Below, piece by piece: positions 54,551 through 64,000 of a stretch of 64,000 nt of DNA (positions are counted from its first letter, which is position 1; each line of letters begins with the position of its first letter). The DNA lies in the NCBI GenBank assembly GCA_030141605.1, contig JAQGDQ010000866.1:1-64000 (forward strand), given 5' to 3'. Both the position numbers and the translations under genes were made by a program. The notes beneath the pieces were generated by a model. The model saw only the letters and a program-made list of their open reading frames with translations. It was not told the origin of the DNA and ran no database searches. The DNA is from Tubiluchus corallicola. Lineage: Eukaryota > Animalia > Priapulida.

Positions 54551-57500
54551 CACACACACGCACACACACACACATGATATAATGTAAATGATTTTAAATA
54601 GAACCATAGTAAAGATCAACAAAACAATAACAGGTTGATGGTCTTGTCTCACACCAATGGCTACTACCTGAATGCTGGTCAAGCTCAAGCTATCTCGGTT
54701 AAATCGTTTTAAATATTCGCTTTTAAAAACAAAAGCTTTAGCAAAAATTCTTCCAAATTCTTGACAAGGTTTTTTCATCCCTGCTGAGTTCTGAGTCTTC
54801 CTAAAATGAATGGAAGACAGAATTGTGCTCACATACGTTAAGCAATAACCAGATTGTTTATACTGAAGAGCATTTTACTTCAAGCATAAAAGTTCACTTA
54901 CAGCACCAGTGAGAATAACTGTCCTAGCTTCAACTTCAAATTCACAATAACAATAAAACCTTTCATTCTATTCATTCTCATAGATCCATGTCACGTTAGG
55001 CAAAACCATGTAACTAAACATCTTTTATATTTTATTTCATTTAACGCTTTATTTTGAATCAAAATTCATATTTACACTCACAAAATAAAAAACAAACATA
55101 AAAAATACATGCACCACAATTATACGATATCTACAACATTACATACTACATACACAAAAGATAAAGATAAATTATCCAGTGATGCTTAGCACCAGAAAGT
55201 GCCTAACTATAATTACAATATAACAAGATCCTCCACTGTCTTCTAATGTCAGAAGTGTAAGCCACTTTCAGTTAAAGCTTTAATTAATAAATTTGTACTA
55301 CACAATACTCTCATGTACAAACTGTAAGCCATTTTCCTGTGTATAACATCAAAGTTTGTAACATTATGATTTACTGAAAATATTCTAGCATTCTCATCGT
55401 ATGAATAAGTGAAAAGTTTCCGTTTAGAGATGTTATGAACTACTTTAAGTTTAGTTAAACTGTAGTTATAAAAATGCCGCCACATTGCCATACCATAGAA
55501 TGAATTACGAATTGAACAAACAAGTTTTAACGCTATTTGTACAATGATAAAATTTTCTCAAGATACTGTTTGCTCTAACATAGTAAATATTTCTTCGCCT
55601 AATAATGTCTATGTCATTCTTATTATCTCTAGAAATTATGTGGCCAAGATACGTCTCCGTTTCGCACGAACGAATTACGCTAGTAGCTACAGTAATAGAT
55701 CCAAAACTGAACTGGTGCATACTGGGGGGGGGGGGGGGTAATGCTTAGAATGCTTAGATAGTAACACTACAGTAGGCACCACTTAATAGACTCACTTTGG
55801 GATGGAAATATTTTGACCCAGTTAACCGACTGAATCGATTAGCCGAAGGGTTTAGTATATTACTACTGTACCAGTATGAGTCATCACCTTACTATGCATT
55901 GCAAAGGCTTTTAAATGAATTTTAGAAACAAATTAATGTCAAAATTCCTATAAGTAATTATTTAAGTTTGCAGCCAACGACTAGAGGTCATGTGACCCAA
56001 CGGCCATGTGTAGAGGAGTAAACCTTCTAAATCAGGAGTGGAGCCCCGACCAGTGCAGCATGCTCACTGACTCCGGCAGCTCCTGCAGCCAACCTGGTGC
56101 CAAACGTATCGCTCCGCTTTCCTTTGGACTACACCAAAGACGAAGAGAGGGGGTTCCTGTTGTCTGGGCAACTCAGTATCTCCATACCCCTTGCCCATGC
56201 GTGCGCCCTGGAGACGTTCAAGGATCGCACTGCTCAGCCACAGTCGATACTGCAGCTCCATCAATGTGATCAATAACTGACTCTCTTGGCGCACATTCCA
56301 TTGTCTTCCGAGACAGAAGGATGCCAACACAATTATTTAAGAATACTAATTTACATACGTGAATTAATAAAATAATTAATAGGAACGGCCCATTAATAGG
56401 ATCTGGGAACCAGACATTTTTGAGTCAATTAAGTGACTGATTCTATTAACTGTGAGTCTAATAAACTGTGCTTTACTGTATAACGAAAATGATTACCATT
56501 ACAACTGATCTTTTAGGGAAATGGGTTAGACATTTTCCAATCACTTTGCTATGTATTTATTTAAAAACATTATTATTGGTTTAAAAGTGTAGTGTCTTTG
56601 GTTTAAATTGTTGAGTTTGACTTGTGTAATTGTGTTCTTGATAACATGGTATAGGTTTTTTATAGCGCTGTATATGTGTGTAATTGTGTTCTTGTTAACG
56701 TGCTATAGGTTTTTTGTAGCGCTGTATATGTGTGTAAGTGTGTTCTTGTTAACGTGGTATAGGTTTTTTGTAGCGTTCTATATGTGTGTAATTGTGTTCT
56801 TGATAACATGATATAGGTTTTTTGTAGCGCTGTATATGTGTGTAATTGTGTTCTTGTTAACGTGCTATAGGTTTTTTGTAGCGCTGTATATGTGTGTAAT
56901 TGTGTTCTTGTTAACGTGATATAGGTTTTTTGTAGCGCTGTATATGTGTGTAATTGTGTTCTTGTTAACGTGGTATAGGTTTTTTGTAGCGCTGTATATG
57001 TGTGTAATTGTGTTCTTGATAACGTGGTGTAGGTTTTTTGTAGCGCTGTATATGTGTGTAATTGTGTTCTTGATAACGTGGTATAGGTTTTTCATAGCGC
57101 TGTATATGTGTGTAAGTGTGTTCTTGTTAACGTGGTATAGGTTTTTTGTAGCGCTGTATGTGTGTGTAATTGTGTTCTTGATAACGTGGTGTAGGTTTTT
57201 TGTAGCGCTGTATGTGTGTGTAATTGTGTTCTTGATAACATGATATAGGTTTTTTGTAGCGCTGTATATGTGTGTAATTGTGTTCTTGTTAACGTGGTAT
57301 AGGTTTTTTGTAGCGCTGTATATGTGTGTAATTGTGTTCTTGATAACGTGGTGTAGGTTTTTTGTAGCGTTCTATATGTGTGTAATTGTGTTCTTGATAA
57401 CATGATATAGGTTTTTTGTAGTGCTGTGTATGTGTGTAAGTGTGTTCTTGTTAACGTGGTATAGGTTTTTCATAGCGCTGTATATGTGTGTAATTGTGTT

Positions 57501-60500
57501 CTTGTTAACGTGGTATAGGTTTTTCATAGCGCTGTATATGTGTGTAAGTGTGTTCTTGTTAACGTGGTATAGGTTTTTTGTAGCGCTGTATATGTGTGTA
57601 AGTGTGTTCTTGTTAACCTGGTTTAGGTTTTTTTGTAGTACTGTATGTGTGTGTAATTGTGTCTTTATAATCGGTGTGTGTATTGTGTGATTTGTAATTG
57701 TGATTACCTAATAAAATATCTTATTATCTTATTTAGCGATATTTACATAGCTTACCAATAGAAAAGAAATTGATACAATAACAAATAGCTAAGTGTTTGA
57801 AAATAAACTTAAACAAATTGAACTGCTTTGTAAATTAAAAGCTATATAATGAACTTATAGTGTTTTAACTATAAATGTTTTCAAGTGCCTGCAATAAACA
57901 ATTTGACTTAAGTGTTTGTATTAAATGTTACAAAAGTTTGAGGGAGGGACCTAAGCTGTAGCCTATACTAGCTTATAGGACAGTCCAGCCCTGAATGAAT
58001 TTTGGGATTATGAAACACCCTAACACTGTTATTAAATTTATAAATCATTTGGGTGCTTTTTACCCAATATAATGTCTTAAAAGGTTAGTATGGAATCTTT
58101 GAAATTTTTCTCGAAATGATATCAGTTTTTTTTTGTATTCAACATTGTTTTAAAATGATATTTTTTTTGATTGTCACATTTCTAAAATTTCTTTTTTAAG
58201 GGAGTACAATGACAACATCAGATTAGTGGATGAGAAAATACAAGAGATCGTTACACTAATTAGCAATTTCTACGATGACGACAATCTGACGAGTTTCATC
58301 TTCACATCCGACCACGGCATGACTGACTGGGGTAAATTTAAAATCTCGCAAATTCTAGATCACATTAAAGCTTGAAATGCTGTTAGAATATTTAAAATAA
58401 TTGGGAAGTAAGCCTTTTCGCAGTTCCAGCGATTGATTATGATCGTGAAAAGGTCAAAGGTTAAGTGTACCTAACAACGCATTTGTGTACACTTTACAAC
58501 GCCTCTCAACCCAAGCTATTGTAATAGTAACAGTTTTAACAGCTAGCCAGAACCTTACCTAGTTCATTTTTTGTTGTTCCCAAGCAAAATCCTGCTAGTA
58601 AATCAGTCTACACTCAGACCAATGGATAATTAAGTAAAGTCTACGTAAAACAACTGAAGTTACTGAACTAATGTGCCAGTCGGCTTTGCATTAAAAACAC
58701 GTGTTATGACACGATCGTAGGTAACATGTGTTGCTGTGATACACTTAACCTTTGACCTACAGCAGCTGCACATGTGCACAACGAAACTGTGAAAAGACTT
58801 CTTATGATCAGATACAAGTGAAATGTAAATAATTTTTAACAAAATTTAGAAAAAGCATTGTCTAATCATTTGAATATTTGTCATTATTTAGGGTCACATG
58901 GAACGGGTCACCCTCAGGAGACATTAACACCACTGGTCGCATGGGGGTCAGGTACTCGTGGCCCTATCTTGAGGACAAACGAAGCGGACGATCTTAGCAT
59001 CTCCTGGGGTCTCCATCATCTTCATCGCTCGGACGTAGAACAGGCCGACATAACTCCACTTATGGCGACTTTAATCGGAATCCCTTTTCCCGTGAATTCC
59101 GTCGGAGTTCTCCCAATTGATTATCTAGGTACGTCGGACGAGTTCAAGTCCTCTGCGTTGCTCACGAATGCTCGTCAGATGGCAGAACAGTACAAAGTAA
59201 AAGAAGAGGAGAAAAGGCTCACCACGATTTCTTTATTATTTCGTCCGTTTGCGATGCTGACGAAAACGAGGATACAAGAGAAACAACGAAGAATAGAAAA
59301 TCTCATGAGAAACAAGAGTCATGACGAAGCCAATAATGCCAGTAAAGAGTTAATCTCGTTGACCTTGGAAGGGTTAAAGTTTTATCAGACTTACGACAGG
59401 CCGTTTCTCAGCTTGTGCATAATCTCAATATTTTGTGGTTGGATCGTTTACGTTTTCGTGCTTCTCATCCAGAATCACACGGACATTGTTCCACACAGAG
59501 GGCAACAATTAGACAGGGCATTCTGGGATAGAAACAATGTGAAGTCTTTAAGTGGCGTAGTTTTAATCATCTGTTTTTTACTGTTTGGTAAGTTGAAGTT
59601 TTGCTGTTTTCACACATCTGCTTGTTGTTTCAAGTTGAGTTGCATTTTAACCTGATAAATTTAACTGGTAAATTTAATGTTCACTTCGAATAAATAAGCC
59701 TTTTCACAGTTTCTCTGTTCATACGCGCAGTTGCTGTAGGTCAAAGGTTAAGTGTACCAAAGCAATGCGTGTTAACTACAACCGTCTCGTGCCGTCTATG
59801 TAAAGCAAAGCTGTCTGCCGCATCAGTTCAGTAACTTCAGCTGTTTTACGTGGACCTTATTAAATTTGTTTTAGCCTGTGCGTACGGTGATTTATTAGCA
59901 GGATCTTGCTTGGCTTTCACAGTTTCGCTGTGCACACGTGCAGCTGCTGTAGGTCAAAGGTTAAGTGTACCACAGCAACACATGTTATCTATGATCGTTA
60001 CATGACACGTGTTTTTAAAGAAAAGCCGACTGGCACATCAGTTCAGTAACTTCAGTTGTTTTACCTGGACTTTGATTAATCATGCATTATTCTGTGCCTA
60101 GAGTGATTTACTAGCAGGATCTCACTTGGCAACGAAAAAATGAACTAGGTAAGGTTCTAGCTGTTAAAAGTGTTACTATTACAACAGCATGGGCTGCGAG
60201 GCGTTGTCAAGTGTACACAAATGCCATGTCTGGTACACTTAACCTTTGACCTTTTCACAATCGTCATCAATTGCTGAAACTTTGAAAAGGCTGATGAACA
60301 TAACTTAACTTTCCGCATTTTTAATGTTACTCATAACTTTTATTAAAGAGACTTTGGGTAGAAATTTGATCGTTGATTTAATCAGACGACCTTGACAAAT
60401 GAGTTGTGTAAATGTACGCTCGTTTCAAAAACACGGAAGACAGGTTGGTCAAATAAAGTAACGTCTCCATTAACAAAAAGTTGCCAATTTTCAAACATGT

Positions 60501-63500
60501 GTTCAGAGCGAGTGGCTGTTTTCTTTGCTCCCCCCTCCCCCCATCAGCTACGCCACTGACACACAACACTAGTAATTTGTTGTTTCTTTCGGAAGTGGTG
60601 CTGACAAGCCACTGACGTAGCAGTGTCTAGTTTTTTTGCTGGATTACTACTGCGTTTACCTGTCTGAAGGCAGATTTCTTTTATTTTAGAATTCTGCCTG
60701 CCCAATGTCTACAATAGACGTGACGGGCGTATGACGATGATGATGATGATGAATTTGTTGTTTCACATTCGTTATGAATAAAAATTGAATGTTTTTCTTG
60801 CAGTTCAATCTAGCCCGGTTATGTATTACATCTATTGCTTACTGCCGCTGTTTCTATGGAGTCAAGTTTGGCAACAGTAAGTCATATTTATTCATTTGTA
60901 AAATATAATCTTCTCATTTCTAATTTGTTTGCTATTAAAGGAAAACAGTACATAATTTTAAACTATAGCTCAAAATAATCTAAGGCATAAAATATTGAAA
61001 CCGAACTTGTATTTGTTTGCTATTAAAGGAAAACAGCACATAATTTTAAACTATATCTAAAAACAATCTAAGGCATAAAATATTGAAACCGAACTTGTAT
61101 TTGTTTGCTATTAAAGGAAAACAGTACGTAATTTTAAACTATAGCTCAAAATAATCTAAGGCATAGAATATTGAAACCGAATTTGTATTTGTTTGCTATT
61201 AAAGGAAAACAGTACATAATTTTAAACTATAGCTCAAAATAATCTAAGGCATAAAATATTGAAACCAAACTTGTATTTGTTTGCTATTAAAGGAAAACAG
61301 TACGTAATTTTAAACTATAGCTCAAAATAATCTAAGGCATAAAATATTGAAACCGAACTTGTATTTGTTTGCTATTAAAGGAAAACAGTACATAATTTTA
61401 AACTATAGCTCAAAATAATCTAAGGCATAAAATATTGAAACCGAACTTGTATTTGTTTGCTATTAAAGGAAAACAGTACATAATTTTAAACTGTAGCTCA
61501 AAATAATCTAAGGCATAAAATATTGAAACCGAATTTGTATTTTAAGAACTACTTATTAGGGGCGTATCCAGGTTGTAAAATAAAGGGGAGCAAGCACATA
61601 AAAAGGCACCGTGACACGTGAAGCAATTACATGTTTGTCTATGCAGCAACATACAGTATCAGCATGTGACAAGAATATGTTATAATAATTAGATTTAGGG
61701 TTCCGTCACTCTTGGTCCAGTCACTCAACCTTGACAAATGAGTCATGTAAATGCACGCTCGTTTTAAAAGCAGGGGAAGCAGGTTGGTCAAATTGATTCC
61801 AGAAAATTCTTCCAAGGCCGTGCGATTACAAAATAAAAGAAAAGATTTGACTGTTGTCACACAAATTAACTGAAACGTTAAAAAACTGTCGGAAAGGCAC
61901 CAATTTTGAAAAATGTGTTCAGGGGGAGGTTAGGTTACTCCCCCCCCCCCCCCCCCCCGCTGTCCTATTAGCTAGGACACTGCTACTTATCTGAAAGAAT
62001 TATTACTGCAGAAACATAATTTTGCATTCGCATCGCTGGTTTCCTGCATATATCTGCCATTCCAGTTACATGGACACTAACGTTGTATCTCGGAAACACA
62101 TTGCACAGAAGCATTGAAACATTTGCAAACTTTTGTGTTGCCGCAGTGGTAAACCATTGGTGTAGCGAGTAGTTGTGGTTCCTGGGGGCAAAAAGACTTC
62201 TAGCGCCCTACCCCTTTAATGTTTTGATCATTTGTTTCCTGGGTGAAGCCACAAATTTTGCACGTCTTATGCGTCTCTGAGCCCTACTTTCCTTTCTCGG
62301 CGTGATGGGATAAAGATAAATGAATTTTCTCTAAGAATGACCCTGAGTTTGACTTGTGGTACTGCAGCAGAGTAACTCTTTTCTATGCATTAGTTGCTCA
62401 TAACACGACAGTCATTAAACATTCAGCTCCAGCATTAAAACATGCAAAGATTATGAAAGATACAGAACACTGCAGGTTTTCACAATAATACAATCTGCAT
62501 TTAGAGAAACGTCACTGTTTCTCCCAAAATTATCAATCTGCTAAGCCACACGACACCCAATACATACCATTAAGTAACAACTTTAGTCTTTTTTGTAAGA
62601 TGTATGTAGTAATTAAGCTACAATGATCTCTGACTAGGCAATTTTGCTGAAGTTTGAAAATTTTTGATAATTGTTTCGTTAATGTAGGATCTATAATTAA
62701 TAATTAACAGTCATTGAACTCTACAAGAATTTTGCGGCCTCTCACCCTTGTGCCCCTGTGCGGTTGCTCCCTGTACCTCCACCTTGATACGCCTCATAAA
62801 ATTCAAATTTTTAAACACAAATTATCTTAGTGTATCGCGGTCAACGTTGTACGTACAACACTGAATTTCAATTTTCGCTGTTGCAACGAAATGCTGATGG
62901 AATGTTTCTGTTCCGTAAAACTTTTTTTCATTCCTCATCGCATCATTTCGCCAGTTGCTAATTATTTTCTTTTTATTTATAATTATTATCACATTCAGTA
63001 CAATATAATAACATTAAGCTCACACTGACATCAAAATTATTACATCATACTGTATCAAATTGTTATGTTTCATACACTATCGTTATCATAAAAGAATAAT
63101 TGTACTGCAGTGGGCTAGAGAAGCAAAGGCTTGTATAAGCCCACTGTCATGTGAACCCGATAAAAAAAATGGATGAGTGAACAAAAAAGAACTAGGAGAA
63201 AGGTTAGATCACACAGGAAGGGTAGAAGGATGTGTTAGTAGAAATGGTAGGAAGAAAGATAATAGATTGTGCTATGTTGACATCAGTTTAGTTAAATTAA
63301 GTTTAAATTAAGTTTTCAAGTTAATGTTTAATTATCAGAAACACTGGAGTTTCTGTAAATGCTAAAATGTATACTTTCCTGTGTATACTTTGAAAGTAGG
63401 TCAGCATATGATAAAAAAAACTTTTTTTCCTTAAAGCAAGAATTCTAGTAGTCAAGTCACTGAATTAGAAGTGATTTTAGCCGCAATAAATGATTCGATT

Positions 63501-63671
63501 TTCAACTGTTATTGCGAGATTTTCTACTATCAGTAAAAAGTTTAAATAGCTGTTTGTTTTCTTTTCAGGAAATGTATATTTGTTGATGCAATGAAATACA
63601 TAGCATTAAATCAACTTGCTATCAAGGCTGCATTAATTGTGATACTCACCATATTAGCTGTACAAACTTTA
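49108..63671 (+). CDS. PIGN: GPI ethanolamine phosphate transferase 1 (partial). Exons: 49108-49229, 50365-50463, 52595-52701, 53329-53453, 58201-58331, 58892-59587, 60804-60876, 63569-63671. 5' exon(s) absent; gene continues beyond the window
   Basis: [112 protein letters not shown]; all junctions are GT-AG and phase-compatible. Confidence 0.95.
49905..50290. mobile_element. Foldback/MITE-like long inverted repeat (arms about 120 bp)
   Basis: 49905-50027 is the imperfect reverse complement of 50170-50290 (aatttagaaacaacat/atgttgtttctaaatt; ctgttcattatcaag/cttgataatgaacag). Confidence 0.8.
50505..50963. repeat. Minisatellite, 69-bp unit, about 6.5 copies
   Basis: Unit cttaacttcttcaggactgtaagtgtttgctgtgtgttagtaaaaaaataaatacagtaacatcccaaa. 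Confidence 0.95.
52395..52475 (+). mobile_element. tRNA-derived SINE head remnant
   Basis: B-box GGTTCAAATCC preceded by tagagc; cannot be folded into a full cloverleaf. Confidence 0.4.
52718..53219. mobile_element. MITE family A copy with an internal triplication of about 87 bp (52718-52982)
   Basis: Shares the TIR tggtacacttaacctttgacct...actgtgaaaagg and its interior with 58411-58799 and 59912-60292. Confidence 0.8.
53589..54574. repeat. Complex (CA)n-based repeat with a 200-bp higher-order period
   Basis: Identical minus-strand ORFs at 53746, 53946 and 54146. Confidence 0.9.
55025..55738 (-). mobile_element. 5'-truncated degenerate LINE 3' end
   Basis: YLGHII...[32 protein letters not shown]; AT-rich tail with tttatt near 55025-55055; poly-G at the 5' junction. 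Confidence 0.75.
55770..56478. mobile_element. Tc1/mariner-pogo-type MITE flanked by TA
   Basis: TA-cagtaggcaccacttaatagactcac ... gtgagtctaataaactgtgctttactg-TA. Confidence 0.8.
56622..57665. repeat. Minisatellite, 54-bp unit, about 19 copies
   Basis: Unit gtgtgtaattgtgttcttgttaacgtggtataggttttttgtagcgctgtatat. Confidence 0.95.
58411..58799. mobile_element. MITE family A copy, inverted relative to 59912-60292
   Basis: TIRs agccttttcgcagtt..aggtcaaaggttaagtgtac / tacacttaacctttgacct..aactgtgaaaagact. Confidence 0.85.
59697..60292. mobile_element. MITE family A: partial copy (59697-59911) followed by a full copy (59912-60292)
   Basis: Same TIR and interior motifs (catcagttcagtaacttcag, ctagcaggat). 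Confidence 0.85.
60385..60559. mobile_element. Partial copy of the dispersed element at 61558-61982
   Basis: Shared accttgacaaatgagt..gtaaatg.acgctcgttt..caggttggtcaaat and ccaatttt..atgtgttcag; ends gctacgccactg. Confidence 0.6.
60923..61541. repeat. Minisatellite, 88-bp unit, 7 copies
   Basis: Unit atttgtttgctattaaaggaaaacagtacataattttaaactatagctcaaaataatctaaggcataaaatattgaaaccgaacttgt. Confidence 0.95.
61558..61982. mobile_element. hAT-like non-autonomous element
   Basis: Ends aggggcgtatccagg / ccccc...gctaggacactg; interior shared with 60385-60559. Confidence 0.55.
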
Positions 63672-64000
63672 GTAAGTGGCTTTTTAACGTTATTTTAACT
63701 TCAGAAAAGTGGACAGTACTTTGCATATAAAGACTTTTTTCTTTTATTAGTATCATCACTTACTCATAGTACAATAAGTAAGACAAATACGAGTAATGGA
63801 ACAGGGTTAGTTCTTCAAGTTAACACCAGAACTCAATGCCGGCTCTATCTCTAGGCAAACTAGGCACTTGCTTTCCTTATGTACACAATACTAATTAATT
63901 GAAAGGACACTTTTCTTGTCGAAATGTGTACTTCATAGATGGCAGCATATGTCTTACCGTAGCAAAACACTTTGCCTATTTCTGGTTTTCATAGATGGCA

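Noticed and set aside
53518-54832. His/Thr-rich and Cys/Val-rich ORFs
   Set aside because: Translations of the CA microsatellite
45119-61541. CRISPR-like appearance of the regular arrays
   Set aside because: No unique spacers, no cas genes, and a eukaryotic intron context

Overview
AT-rich, repeat-dense metazoan (invertebrate-type) genomic DNA with GT-AG spliceosomal introns. It holds three host genes: (1) an alpha-1,3-fucosyltransferase (GT10) with an intronless CDS on the minus strand; (2) a 16-exon kinesin-2 gene, KIF17/OSM-3 type, on the plus strand (22300-38988), preceded by a CpG-rich cluster of RFX X-box motifs, with no terminal exon visible; (3) PIGN/MCD4 (GPI ethanolamine-phosphate transferase 1) on the plus strand (49108 to beyond the window end), with no 5' exon(s) visible. 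Between the last two genes is a near full-length but disabled BEL/Pao LTR retrotransposon with a tRNA-Tyr PBS and no target-site duplication. This suggests the two genes were joined by inter-element recombination or by misassembly. The most unusual structure is a 4-kb, 43-bp-unit satellite that is a tandem amplification (about 85-90 copies) of the PIGN splice acceptor itself. Only the last copy leads into the exon, and it is preceded by a variant creating a stop codon in the PIGN frame. Most PIGN introns carry their own minisatellite. The rest is nested LINE fragments, MITEs, a solo LTR and microsatellites. All identifications come from motif recognition by eye; no database searches were run.
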